Shown: positions 24,801-38,525, counted from the stretch's first letter. The stretch is 64,000 nucleotides of DNA from Hydrurus foetidus (GCA_900617105.1 UYFQ01000779.1:124001-188000), one strand, 5' to 3'. The notes: a model not told the origin generated them from the letters alone. A program made the numbers and translations.

Positions 24801-26324
24801 TTACTAGCTTTGTATTTCTCGTAAATGATTGCTGCCATCGGTTTTTCAAACACTTTTCCTTCAACCCAGGAAATAATATCTAGATAGGCAAAGCTCTAGT
24901 TTCGAACCTATTTTTTCTAGGTATTTTATTTTATCTAAAAGCTTTTCAAACTCCGGCTTTAATTTTCTTGAAGAAATATTGAAAGTATCTCTTAAAACTT
25001 AAAATGGCTTCTTCCACAATCGTTAAGTTTTTCATTTTAGCCATAAAACGATAAACCGATTTTGTAAGGATTCTATGATTGCATCATTGCCTAATTCATA
25101 GTGCGACATTAAGTGCAATAAACGAGCATAGCATTGTAAATCGTAACGCAAATCGGCATTTGAATCAATAATCAGATTAAGATAGTCAATCGCTTTGTCA
25201 TATTCTTGATTGCCAAAATATAGCGAAGCAATTTTATAGTTGAAGACAACAATTCTGTGTCTATCAACAAACAAAGCATAATCCTTTAACTCTTCAATTA
25301 AGTGAGGAATCATTTTAACACCTTCTGCAAAGTACCCTTCATTAAATGCTGGTTTACTTTAGCACTGTTGATATAGATAGAAGTGTGTACGCGAAAATTA
25401 TCATATTGATTAGCTATATCAGTCTTTGCAAACTCTTCAAACTTGTGTAATATCAATTCAAATTTTGAAAAGTATCTTAAATCAAACATTGCATTTAAAA
25501 GGTTGTGCATTCCTTTACATAATGCCCAGTTTCAACAGTTATCATTAATCTATCTTCCTCGAACAGTTTCATCCATTTTGACTGTATCTGTAATACATCA
25601 AAAAATCTTGTCATATAAATGCATACCAGCAATAGCTTTGATAGAAATATAGTTTTTCATAAAAGCCATTTACAACATTCTCATTTGGAGGGACATTGCT
25701 TTGAAATAGGCTTTAATATCCTTTTCATCCTCTTCATTTCTGGCGTGTCCATATTGAACATACCAACGATAAAGCATTAATGTAAGATTTGATAAACGAG
25801 TTACTCTATCAATATGACCACTAATTTCTAACGCTTCTTTTGTAAGAATTTCAGTTCTATCAATGGAACTTCTGGTAATGTGTAAAGTTTCAATTTTTTT
25901 CTCTAAAGAAATAACCCTGAGCCATTGAGTTAAACTTCTGATTGGTTCTTGCTATTTCTTTTGCTTTTCAAAATTTTAGGGCCTGAATTTTCAACCCTTT
26001 ATTATACAAAAGCCTTGCAAAGTCAAGGCTTTCGCTAAGCTGCAAGTCAATATTATCAGTAGTTTTAAGTAATCTTAAAGAAGAAAGAATTTGTTTGTAT
26101 AAATGCGATTTTAGGTTGGCTAACTGTACTTTTGTATGGAAGGAAGTTTTTTAGTAGCGTTTTTCATCATAATCTTCCAATTTATCCAAAACATCAAATA
26201 ATTGAATAATTTTTAAGTCGTCGTTATTAGAGTTTCTTTTGATGTAAAGCTTAAAATGCCTCTTTTCAGCCTTCTGAAGTGACTTTATTAATTGAAATAA
26301 TATATCATTTGAGCGGTTGGACAT
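24801..26324 (-). CDS. Conserved helical (TPR-like) hypothetical protein
   Basis: LFQLIKSLQKAEKRHFKLY N-terminus; KAIDYLN..YARLLHLMSHYELGN. Confidence 0.7.
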
Positions 26325-26554
26325 CGTAAATTTTTTGTGAAACTCAATGGTAACAATGTTTTCACAAAATTTTAAAAGTTTTGATATAGTATAAAACCAA
26401 ATAATTGTTTTACAAACTATTTGGCTAATACTATTTTGACTTATCAAATTCAAAATGGCTAGCAATCGGTGAAAGCAAATCGTTAAAGGCCGAGAAAACA
26501 AAAACAAGTAGTTCTAAAGAACTAGAACTTTTTCATATGGCAAGCATCGTTAGA

Positions 26555-26588
26555 GGCTGCTCTGTTTCTACAGAGGAGCCCTTTTTAT
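26555..26588 (+). terminator. Hairpin with U-tract
   Basis: ggctgctctgtttctacagaggagcccttttt. Confidence 0.6.
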
Positions 26589-26632
26589 TAGGCGTTGCAA
26601 AGAAATAGGCATTACAAGTCATTAACAAATAT

Positions 26633-27657
26633 TTAACTATTTATTTTCAATATTTTCTTCAGTTTAAGCAAACTGAAATCGTCTTGATCAGCTTCTTTAA
26701 CTATATTGTTTACTAAATGACCTAAATTTTCAATCTCCATTTCAACAATATCACCTTCTTTAAGCCATTGAACTTGATAATCTGGATTATTTGGTTTTCC
26801 TGTACCATTAGTTCAAGAAAGCAGCCAGTGCCACAAGTTCCACTTCCAATTACATCGCCTGGATGAATGTTAACTCCATAACTGCAACGTTCTAAAATCT
26901 CCGCAAAAGTCCAATCCATATCACTCACATTTCCCTCACTTACTTTAATACCATTAACCTTACAGATCATTTTAAGTTCCAAGATTTTCCAGTATGATTT
27001 TCTTTACAAGGTACTTCAAAAGACTCAAGTTCGTCAAGCGTAACCAACATTGGTCCAATAACTGTTGAAAAATCTTTGCCTTTGCTGGGCCAAGATTGAG
27101 CAACATTTCTTCCATTTGCAAGGTTCTTGCACTCATATCATTCACGATCATCAAGCCTCCAATGTAATTATCTGCATCAACAGCTTTACATTTCTGCCAG
27201 CCTGCAAACAACAATTGCAGCTTCTAATTCAAAGTCTAATTTATCAAAATGATCGGGCATACATTTAATTTCTCCAGGCCCTTGAATGCTATTGTGATTG
27301 GTGAAATAAAGATGGGGTATTGATCAAACTCTTCAATCATAGGTACTCCACGATTTCTACGAGCTGCTGCAACGTGCTGACGAAATGCATAACCATCTCT
27401 ACAACTTGTAGGAAAAAGGAATGGGTGCTAACACTTTTGCACTTGCAAATTCAACTGTAGAATTGCTTGATAATTTACCTTCTTTAATTGCTTCATTTAC
27501 CTGTTGTGCAATAGGGAAAAAATCATCCCAATAATGCAAAACATTGACATAGAACTTGGTAATTCTGGATGCATTGCATCGGCATTATATAAATTGCCAC
27601 TGTGCAAAAAGCAAGTTGGTCGTTTCCTTCTTTCGTTAGATATGTAACTAATTTCAT
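26633..27657 (-). CDS. Fumarylacetoacetate hydrolase family protein
   Basis: RDGYAFRQH, LDFELE, NDMSAR, PGDVIGSGTCGTGC. Confidence 0.9.
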
Positions 27658-27676
27658 ATTATTTGTCTTGAGATTG

Positions 27677-27684
27677 CAAATGTA
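27677..27684 (-). promoter_or_regulatory. Bacteroidota -7 promoter element for the FAH-family gene
   Basis: tacatttg ~20 bp upstream of ATG. Confidence 0.5.
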
Positions 27685-27720
27685 TGTTGTGACAAATAAT
27701 ACTTTGGAAATGTAGTATTG

Positions 27721-28479
27721 TTAGCTTAACTCCAAATAGATTGGGCAGTGATCGCTATGTTTTACATCGATAAATTGTTGCAGTTTTAATTTGTTTTTCT
27801 AAATCTTTTGAAACGCAGATATAGTCTATTCTCCAGCCTTTATTTTGTAAACGAACACTTGGAAAACGCTGACTCCACCAACTATAAGAATGTGCAAGTT
27901 CTGGATTGCAATGTCTAAATGTATCAATAAAACCACTTGCTAAAAAAGTATCCATCCAAGCTCGTTCTTCTGGTAAAAACCAGATGATTTTTTGTTGCCT
28001 TTAGGGTCGTGAATGTCAATTTCTTTATGAGCAATATTGTAATCACCACAAATAATAATTTTCTTTCTTGTCTTTTTAATTCATTTATAAAACCTGTAAA
28101 CTCTTCTAACCATTGGTATTTATAAGTTTGTCTTTCATCTCCACTGGTGCCAGATGGAAAGTAACAATTTAATAAAGTAATATCTCCAAAATCAAGCCTG
28201 ATAACCCTTCCCTCAAAATCACTCATTTCAAATCCATTACCAAATACAATATTATCGGAGTTTCATTTTGTTAAAATACACACACCACTATACCCTTTTT
28301 GTGCAGAAAACCAATAAGAGTTGTAGCCCAAACTTTCTATTTCAGTCATATCGGCATCGTGCTGTTGAGCCTTAGTTTCTTGTATACAAATAATATCGGC
28401 AGGGTTTGTTTTAACCAATCAGCCAATCCTTTTTAATAGCAGCACGAATGCCATTTGTGTTGTAAGATATAATACGCAT
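27721..28479 (-). CDS. xth: Exodeoxyribonuclease III
   Basis: [41 protein letters not shown]. Confidence 0.93.
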
Positions 28480-28523
28480 TGAATGTTTTATGAGATAAAA
28501 ATATATTATTTGAAATTATCAGT

Positions 28524-29873
28524 TTAAATTTTACTTGTTTCCACCAACCTTTTAAAGATAATAATGCTCGTGATAGTTACTAAGGTTCTGTTACAACAAT
28601 TGCTGTAAACACACCAACAGCACCCCAATTTAGTTTTACTGCGACCAACCAAGCAATAGGAATTTGAAAAATCCAAAACCAAAAAGTTAATGATAGTGGG
28701 CGTTTTGCTATCTCCTGCTCCATTAAAAGCATTCATCATTGTCATTCCAACACCATAAAAAATGTAACCTAAACTAATTACTCTTAATGCTAAAGTTCCA
28801 GTTTTTATAACGCCGTCTTCTGTACTAATAAATCCAATTAAATATTCTGCCCCAACAAAAGAATATGGAAACAAAGCCCATAAAATGGCATTATACTTTG
28901 CAACTTTCCACACACTTTCTTCGGCACGTTCAAATTCTTTTGCTCCCAAATTTTGGCCAACCAAAGTTGCAGCAGCATTACTTAAACCAAATGCCGGCAA
29001 AATAAAACAATAAATCGAATAGCAATTGTATATCCTGCAACAGCTTCACTGCTAATGGTTGCCAGAATTCTTGTCATAGCAATCCAACTTGCACTTGCTA
29101 TGATAAATTGCATCACAATTGTAATAGCTTGATTGCTTAAACTTTTAAAATAGGCAAATTGGGTTTAAAATAATTGCCTAGAATAGTCAGCATTCCTTTC
29201 GCGTTATAAAAATTCCAAAGTTGATATGTCACACCAATTGCACGTCCTGTTGTTGTGGCAATTGCTGCACCAGTTAATCCCCAAAATGAATGCAAATTGG
29301 GCAAAGAATAATGTTGCAAATATTTGCCAAACCAAGGCTACGCATTGCAATAGCTGCATTTCCTGCACCTCGAAAATGCCATTCATTAAATGAATCATCA
29401 TTATTACAATATTGCCAATAAGCAGAATGTGTATGAAAGTTGAACCCTCTGCAATTTCATTAGGTTTAGCTCCCATTAATCGGAGTAAATCTGTGCCAAA
29501 AATATTCCCACTAGAGAAATAATTAAAGAAATCCCAAGAGCCAACAATATAGCTTGAGCTGCAGAACGCGATGCTTGCTCTGTATCTTTTCTCCAATACG
29601 TTTGCTACCATTGCTGTTGCTGCAATACCTACACCAAATGCAATGGAATAAACAATGGTTAAACAACTTTCTGTTAAGCCAACAATTGTTGTTGCAGATG
29701 TTCCTAACTTACTTACAAAAATATATCAACAATAGCAAAATGCTTTCCATACTCATTTCCAAAATCATTGAATTGCTAGTAGAAAAATGGCTTTTTGATG
29801 TTGCCTTTGTGAAATCTCTTTGCTCGCTACTAAAGCTTTCTTTAATAAAATGAATGATAGATTTAATGGTCAT
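28524..29873 (-). CDS. MATE family efflux transporter
   Basis: GAAIATTTGR, PAFGLSNAAATLVGQNLGA, NGAGDSKTP. Confidence 0.9.
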
Positions 29874-30132
29874 CTTGATTATTTAGTCATTATAATTTTT
29901 CAAACAAAGCTGCAATTACAATGCGTTTATACTAATTATTAAAAAGTATCGTTTATAACAATACGCCAAACAATTTATTTATGAATAACGATTGTATCAT
30001 TTTACTTTCTATGGCAATTACTTAATTTTTGATACTATACAACAAAAATATAAGTTAATAGTTTTGAAGAAGTAATTCTTATTAAACAAAAGCCATTTCA
30101 AAATGAAATGGCTTTTAAAGAATTAAGAGAAA

Positions 30133-30959
30133 TTAAGTAGTTGGAAAATCAGCACCAGCAGAAGTTTCTTCCCAAGTATCAAAATCGGTTTTAAGAACAT
30201 CTAATTTTATTCTTGCATTTTTAATGCACCCACGCCAAGCAATAAGCGTAATGGTGGATGTTCTGATTCTACAGCTTTTACAATTGCTTTTGCAGCACGC
30301 AGGATCCCCTGGTTGTTGTCCACTATAACCTCTGATGGTATCTTTATTTTGATGTGCCGATGGAGCATAATCATCTATTGAAACTTTAGCATTATTAGCA
30401 GAACGACCAGCCCAATCTGTTCTAAATCCACTAGGGCAAATTACAGTTACTTTAATGCTAAGATGTGCTACTTCTTTAGACAAAGATTCTGACAAGCTAT
30501 CAACAGCAAACTTAGTTGCATTATAATATCCAATACCAGAAATCCAACTAATCCACCAATTGATGCAATGTTACAATATGTCCACTTCTTTGTTTACGCA
30601 TTGTTGGCAAACTGCATTAATCATATTGCCTAATCCAAAAACATTGATCTCAAACATTTTTCACTTCATCATCATCACTTTCTTTCTATAGCTCCAAAAT
30701 ATCCAATGCCTGCATTATTTACAAGCACATCGATTTGACCAAATTTTTGCAATGCAACTTCAACAGATGAAGCAATCTCTGCTTTATTGGTAACATCTAA
30801 TTTTACAGTAATAGCATTGTTGGGATATTGAGCAACAATATCTTCAACATCTGATACTTTACGAGCTGTAATTACTGCATTGTAACCGATGCTAAACTTC
30901 ATTTGCTAACGCTCTTCCAAACCAGTGGAGCACCCTGTTATAAACCATACTTTATTCAT
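30133..30959 (-). CDS. Short-chain dehydrogenase/reductase
   Basis: ITGCSTGFGR, IDVLVNNAG, YNATKFA, PSGFRTD. Confidence 0.9.
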
Positions 30960-30991
30960 ATTTTTCTTTTTGTGCAATGCAAAGTTGTAGA

Positions 30992-32174
30992 TTATTTTGT
31001 TATCCAAAATGCAAGCGTTGCCAGCAACAAAAATTTTATGTAACTCGCTAACTATAAAGAATGTTTTCTATAGATAAATGCCATCATAACAACAAAGGAA
31101 CAAGATTAATATTAAACTGCTGTGGCAAAAAGAACCACCCTGCTAATAATATTAATGTTACAATAAAAGCAAAACGAAAGTATATTTTTCTATAACTAGC
31201 TTCTTTATTAGCAATAAATGCAGTAATAAAATTTGTTGGCAAAGCCCATAAAATATTGTAGTTATAGCTGCAAGATTTATGGTCTGTACCAAACCACATA
31301 AACAATAGTAACACCCCAACAATTCCTGTTATAAAACAAAAATAAAGAACTATAATGATATGTGTTTTGAACAAATTTATTTTTGAAAAAGATGCCAAAA
31401 GCATTAACAAAAACAATGAACCAAACACCAATAAAGGTTGAGAATTATTTTTGAAATATTATTTACACCAAATGCTTTATAAACCTTTTATCTTCAATTA
31501 ATTTATGTTTTATGTTGCTACTATCAAATGCAAACATTAAATAATCTGGTAAGAAATTGCTTTGTTCAATCGTAACTGGTTTATCTATTTTACTTCCTAA
31601 TAAAATGTCTATTCCAAGTTTGCTCCAACACATTCCACTGCCATCTAAATACACATAAAGCATATTTCTAAATGTTGTTCCTTGTGGCACTAATTTCTCT
31701 TGAGAAAAGAACTTCTTCCTTTAATAACATCTCTTGCTCTTGTGGTGCAATTGTCAAATAAAAATCATATTTGTAGTATTTATTATTGCCACTGATATTT
31801 ATAAGTAAAGCCTTTAGAATAGATTTTTCTCTTGAGATGATAACGCTAAACTTGCTCTGTCACAGTTCTTCGCTCGTTTTGATAGGTTAAGAAAATCGTT
31901 GGCAGATTCAACAGATAAAATAATAATCTAATTTTCCACGAACAAATTTTGCAAGAAAATTAGGATCATCAAAATCAAAAGTTCCATAATTATAAAACAC
32001 ATCAGAACCATTTGTTGAATCAAAACCCGATAGCTGTATGCCCAAAAATTGAATACAATTCATTGCCAGGTGCACAAGTAACCAAACTTATTTGTAAACG
32101 TGCTGATGAATCAGACTGAGCAAAGCCCATTTTAAAAAAGAACAACAAATACCAATAAAAATAATCTTTCTCAT
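30992..32174 (-). CDS. DUF4105 (Lnb N-terminal-like) membrane protein
   Basis: LVTCAPGNELYSIFGHTA, YNYGTFDF, FDNCTTR, C-terminal TM helices. Confidence 0.8.
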
Positions 32175-33230
32175 TATGATAATTTTTGTGGGTGAGCCTG
32201 TAAACAAAATTAATGGTGCAATTGTTCTACTTAAAAATCCATCACCAATAACAGCAATGATTTTGTTTAATAAGGTTTGTAAAAGCTTTCAATCCTTTGC
32301 CATCAGCTGCATAAAACTCGATGCAACTTCCAATTCAAAATTAAATTGAGAATACAATTTCATATACCCTTTCAATGGCATCATTCTTTCAGTAAAATTG
32401 CCAGTAATTGATCGCAGGTATTGAATTTATTATGTTGAACTGGCCTTATAATCCCATCAATTAAATACTGATTTACATAAGCAATTATATCGTCTTTTCT
32501 CAATCCTCTTGTTGCTGCTACTAAAGATAAAATTGCTTGATTGTTCAAGTTGTGGAAATGAATTTGTAATAATCTTTTTCTAATTTCTACATAAGGCATT
32601 CCTGCAAAATTGTCTTTACTTGTCGCTTCTAAAGCATTGCTTCCAATATGTTCATCTTGATACATTAATTGATACAAAGACTTTCGTTTAAAATAGTTTT
32701 CAAAAACCGAAGCTGTTGTGAAGACTGTTACCATTTGTTTATTCAGTGAATGGATGTTGTAGAAGAAAGTGTTTAAATTATAGATATGTTCTATCACATC
32801 TGTTCCTGTAACAATATCTAAATCCAGAGAATTACATTTTGCAAAAGTGTTTTCTCGTCACATACAAACCAGTCATCAACAATAATATTCATAGCATAGG
32901 CTAAAAGCCTTGCTGCATCTACAAAATCACTGTTAAAATCACATCCATAAACACTTTAAAACCACAGTGTTTAGCAAAATTGCAAACAAACCATTGCCGC
33001 ATCCAAAATCTAAAAGTGAAATTTGATGAATTGGTTTTGTAGTTTGCTGCAAGGCATTTTCTAAAACCCAAGAATAGATTTTAAGATAATAATCTTTCTG
33101 CTCAATTACTTTTGCAAATAATTTTTACAAGTATATCTTTAGATATGGACATCAATATCACAGCATTTAGCTTGCTTTTAAAAGAAGTAATTTGTGAGGC
33201 AAGTTTTGCATTAATGTGTGTATGATCTAT
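32174..33230 (-). CDS. Class I SAM-dependent methyltransferase
   Basis: LLDFGCGNG, GTDVIEHIY; start approximate. Confidence 0.75.
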
Positions 33231-34107
33231 TCCACCTCAACTTGTTTGTCTACTAAAGCACCTTCTTGTGCTTCCATTAAGAATGTTCTTTCATTGACTA
33301 AATAGCCATTTCCCTTTTCACAAAAATGAACTTTAATATTTTCAACACTAATAGGATTGTTATCGTATGTCAGCAATATTGTTGTGCTTAATATCACGCA
33401 CCATCAATAATCATTACCAAACCACTACCAATTGCTTCCATTTTGTTACCATCAGTAATAACATTCCTGTATCTTCTCAAGTCCACCAATGCAACCTGTT
33501 AGCAGCAACAGCTTGTGCCAAACGTCCAAACCTTCCACGTTTTTCAAAATGACTATCAATAATTACATTATCCATAAAGCCAAGGCCTGTAGTAATTTTC
33601 ACTTCACCTTTAAATGAGCTTTAGTTGCGTTGCCTCATAAATCATTGTATTGCTCATTGCCATTGCACCAGCACTTGTACCAGCTACAATAAAATTTTCA
33701 TCATTGGCATATCGCTTTTTCACTATTTGCAAAAATTCAGTACCACCAAAACAGCAGTCAATCTGAGCTGAGTTCTCTCACCACTAAACATCACACCATC
33801 ACAAGATTTAATTCTTTTCATGTAAACAGGATTATTCGCATCTTCTCTATTTCTAATATGCATCACATCAATATTAGTACAACCAATTTAGAGAAAGCAT
33901 CTAACAATTTTCTCCACTTCGTAGGAATCATTGATGCTGTGGTAACTATTTCTATTTTAGCATCAACACCACCTGCTTCTTTGGTAATACGACGCAAAAT
34001 TCCTAATTCAAAAATTAAGATTGTTGCGTGTTATCTCTCCTTTTCTAAATCTGTGCCTTTATCTTCTGCACCACCAATAGATATTAGCTTCCGGCTGGTA
34101 TCGTCAT
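33227..34107 (-). CDS. cphB: Cyanophycinase (peptidase S51)
   Basis: IGGAEDK, GTSAGA, IDSHF..RGRFGRL, EDTG. Confidence 0.9.
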
Positions 34108-34290
34108 AATTGTAGCTTAAATAACAAATGTAAGGGTTGAACTTTAGAATTGTTATGTGGCAAAATAAAATATGCCATAGAAATGTTGCTAACAATTAGT
34201 TCACGATATGATTTTAAATTACTCAAATATTGAACTAGGTTTTTCTGCTTCATACCACAACCTTATCTTCGCAGCAATTCCCATAAATAT

Positions 34291-35227
34291 ATGATTCCCT
34301 CAGTAAAAATATTCGCAGGAACTGGCTCTCAACAATTGGCAGAAAATTGCCAAAAGCTTTGGCTCTAAACTTGGAAAAGTTAATATCCAAAAATTCAGCG
34401 ATGGAGAGATTCAGCCTGTTTTTCTTGAAAGTATTCGTGGCGATTATGTTTTTTAATTCAAAGTACACACGCACCAGCCGAAAATTTAATGGAGCTTTGT
34501 TGATGATTGATGCTGCAAAACGTGCTAGTGCTCAAAAATTGTTGCAGTGTTGCCTTATTATGGCTATGCTCGTCAAGATAGAAAGATAAACCACGTGTTG
34601 CTATTGGAAGCAAATTAATGGCAACTTTACTAGAAGCTGCTGGAGCAAATCGTGTGATTACAATGGATTTACACGCTCCACAAATTCAAGCTTTTTGAAA
34701 TCCCTGTTGACCATCTTGATAGTTCTGCTATTTTCATTCCTTATATTGAAAGTTTAAAATTAGAAAATTTGTGTTTTGCCGCACCTGATGTTGGCAGCAC
34801 AAATCGTGTTCGTGAACTAGCCAGTTATTTTAATGCACCAATGGTTATTTGCGATAAACATCGTAAACGTGCCAATGAAATTGCAAGTATGGTGGTTATT
34901 GGTGATGTTGCAGGAAAAGATGTTGTTTTGATAGATGATATTTGTGATACAGGTGGAACCCTAGCAAAAGTGCTGGTTTATTAATTGAAAAAGGAGCAAC
35001 TAGTGTGAGAGCATTTTGTACACACCCAGTTTTGAGTGGAAAAGCTTATGAGAATATTGAAAATAGTGTTTTAAAAGAATTAGTTGTTTGCGATACCATT
35101 CCTTTAAAAGTGAAACAAAAAATTAAAGTAATTTCTGTGGCTGATTTATTTGCAATTGCAATTAGGAACGCTGCTGAAAAATAAAAGTATCACTAGTTTG
35201 TTTGTTCATAGTCAGATAAAAAGATAA
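34291..35227 (+). CDS. prs: Ribose-phosphate pyrophosphokinase
   Basis: [39 protein letters not shown]. Confidence 0.95.
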
Positions 35228-35240
35228 TTTTCTAATATCT

Positions 35241-35279
35241 AAGAAAGAGGCATTCTGTTTACAGAATGCCTCTTTCTTT
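35241..35279. terminator. Bidirectional terminator
   Basis: aagaaagaggcattctgt-tt-acagaatgcctctttctt. Confidence 0.85.
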
Positions 35280-35285
35280 TAATTA

Positions 35286-36241
35286 CTACTTAAGAAAGTT
35301 TTAATAGCTAATTGCCACTTTTCATTTTCGTTCTTACATAAACTTTGGTGTCCACTGTTTTATATTCTACAAAGGTTTTTTTACTGGAACTTAAATGTTG
35401 AAATATAGCTGTTGTTTCTTCTTCAGAAACTCTTCTATCATTCGTTCCCCATTGCAATATTGTTAAGCATTTCACCTTTTTGCATATTCCCTGAGGTTTA
35501 AAATTGAATGCCCAAAAGCCTTGTTCAATTCCGCCCCAAAAGTTAATAATCTGGCAAAGGGTTCTTGTGGCAATGCATAATCTTTAGCCTTCCTTTAACC
35601 GCTTGATGCAATGTACCAAAAGGCATTTCTAGGATTATTTTTTGTGGATGCACTACATCATCTTCAATAGCTTTTAAAATTGTGGCTGCACCCATAGAAA
35701 TGCCATATAAAATAATATTCTTTTCGCTTTTTGTACAACATAATGATAAGCAGCTTCTACATCTTTCGATTCGTTAAACCCAACTGTACAAATATTACCC
35801 TCACTATTACCACGTAGTCCTAAAATCAACTAATAATATATTATATCCTAAGTTATAAAAAGAAGTAGCTTCTCTTATAACATCATTTTCTTTCCTCCGT
35901 GGCCGTGAAAAGAATGACAGTTCCCTTGGATTGAGCGTTAGAATCATTTTTATTTTCGTATTTAGAATACCAAGATTCAAGTTTTGTTATCATCAGTTTT
36001 AATGTAATCGTTTCGTGAGGTAATGAAAACGTATCAACACTTGCAACCTTCGGAAATTTTACACCAAAAATAGAGCACTCAATTTATCACCAAACCCATT
36101 TGTTCTGGCTTTGCATTGCTTCTTCTGTGCTATAAAAGTGAGTTAGTTTATACGCGTGAAAAGCACAAATAATATTTAGTAATACAAATAGTATCAATAC
36201 TATTTTCAACAATTTTTGCTATATAATTTCAATTTGTCCAT
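35286..36241 (-). CDS. Alpha/beta hydrolase
   Basis: FHGHGG, GNSEG, GISMGAA nucleophile elbow, LQWGTNDDRV. Confidence 0.8.
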
Positions 36242-36308
36242 AAAACAAAGCTATCAAAACCAATTCAACCAATCTTCAAATCTTCAAACATTAAATCTTC
36301 AAATTGCT

Positions 36309-36316
36309 TACGTTTG
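36309..36316 (+). promoter_or_regulatory. Bacteroidota -7 promoter element for the S46 peptidase
   Basis: tacgtttg ~20 bp upstream of ATG. Confidence 0.55.
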
Positions 36317-36335
36317 CCACTCAAAAATTGTTTAT

Positions 36336-38466
36336 ATGAAAAATATTGGTTTCACTTTCATTGGTGCTTTTAATGTTTAAAAGTTATGCCGATGAAGGTA
36401 TGTGGTTGCCTATGCTATTAGGGTCAGCAAGTTTATAATGATATGGTAAAGCGTGGCTTGAAACTTAAAGCAGATCAACTTTACAGCATTAATCATTCTT
36501 CTATTAAAGATGCTATTATCATTTTTGGTGGTGGATGTACTGGCGAAATTGTTAGTAAGGAAGGATTGATTTTACCAACCACCATTGTGGTTATGATGCT
36601 ATTGCAAAAGCAAGTACAGTTGACTATAACTATTTGCAAGATGGTTTTGGGCTGTTGATAAAGCAAGGAAATTCAAACGGCTTTAACTGTTCAATTTTAG
36701 ATAGAATTGAAGATGTTACCGATAGAATAATGAAAGGTTTGGGCGACTTATCGTAAAGAAAGAAACGATAAATATGCTCAAATTGTTGGAGACATCATTA
36801 AAGAACTGCTGGAAGCGACGAGTTTAAACGTGCAGCTGTTGCAAGTATGTTTAAAGGAAATCAATATTTCTTGTATGTATATAATGTTTATAAAGATATC
36901 GTTTTGTAGGCACGCCTCCAGAGTATTGGTAAACATGGTGGCGATACTGACAACTGGGAATGGCCAAGACATACTGGTGATTTTTCTTGTTTTAGAGTAT
37001 ATGCTGGTAAAGATGGAAAACCTGCAAAGTATGATGCAGCAAACGTTCCAATGGCTGCGAAATATCATTTGCCAGTAAGTATTAAACCTTTGAAAGATGG
37101 TGATTACAGTATGATTTATGGTTATCCTGGTGGCACAAATCGTTATGAAATTAGCGATGGTGTTAAATTAAGTACAGATATCACAAGTCCTGTTTTAAAA
37201 CTTCGTGATATGCGTTTGAAATTAATGCACGCCGAAATGATTAAAGATCCTGCTGTTAAATTACAATTAGCCTCATCTTATGCTGGCATTGCAAACTACT
37301 GGAAATTTTTGATGCGAAAGCAAACAATTATTGAAGTATGATGTTTTTGGTAGCAAGAAAAAGTATGAAGAAGAGTTTACAAATTGGGCAAAAGGAAAAG
37401 CAGAATATGAAACATCACGACTGATTATACTAAGAACTATGAAATGTGGAGACCATTTTCTAAACATCGTCAATATATTAACGAAGGCATCAATGGTTCG
37501 TCATTATTGGCTTTTGCTGGTTCTTGGATTGGATTAGAAAATACATTAAATAAAAAGATGTTAAGCAAGAAGATATTGACAAAGCCATTAAAGCTGCTGA
37601 AACAGCAAGAAAAACTTCTTGAATGATGAAAACAAAGAGTGACCAACAAATTGTTGCCAATGTTTTATCAATGTTTATGAGTGATGTAGATGCTGATCAA
37701 CATCCTAAAGGATTTTATACAGATTTATTTAAAGTTAGTAGCATTGATGAAAATCCATTTAAAAATATGCTGCTTGCGTTTGAAAACACAATGGCTTTTG
37801 ATGATGCAAAATGGAAAGCATTTACTGCAAAACCAACAGTAGAAGCACTTAACGCTGACCCTGCATTTAAAACTGCTGCTGCATTTGTTAAAACTATAAC
37901 ACCAATTATGCTCCTAAATTTATGGCATTCACTTTAAAAAACAACGATTTAGGAAGAGCTTACTTAAAAGGAATTATGGAAATGAATCCTGAAAAGCTAA
38001 AAAATGTATCCTGATGCAAACTTTTACAATGCGTGTTAGTTATGGCAATGTAAAAAGCTATGTCTAAAAGATGCAGTGAAGTATGATATTGTTTGCATTA
38101 ATGAAAGGAGCCATTGACAAATATGTGCCTGGCGATTATGAATTTGATTTACCTAAAAATATGTAGATCTTTATAAGGCTCGTGATTTTGGCAGATATGA
38201 AGATCCAATTTATAAAGATGTTGTTATCAGCTTTATTACTACTAATGATATTACAGGTGGAAATTCTGGAAGCCCAGTTATCAATGGCAAAGGCGAATTA
38301 ATTGACTTGCTTTTGATGGCATTACGAAGCCCTAAGCCATAAATTAGCTTTTGATAAAGATCTTAATAGAACAATTTGTGTTGATGTTAGATATGTACTT
38401 TGGTGCATTGAAAAACTAGGTGGTGCAAAACATATTGTTGATGAATTAGATATTATTAGTAAATAG
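36336..38466 (+). CDS. S46 family dipeptidyl peptidase
   Basis: [43 protein letters not shown]. Confidence 0.95.
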
Positions 38467-38488
38467 TATTTAAGATTTAAAGTTATTT

Positions 38489-38525
38489 AAAAAACCTCTG
38501 AAGATTGATTCTTCAGAGGTTTTTA
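38489..38525 (+). terminator. Rho-independent terminator
   Basis: aaaaacctctgaaga...tcttcagaggttttt. Confidence 0.85.
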
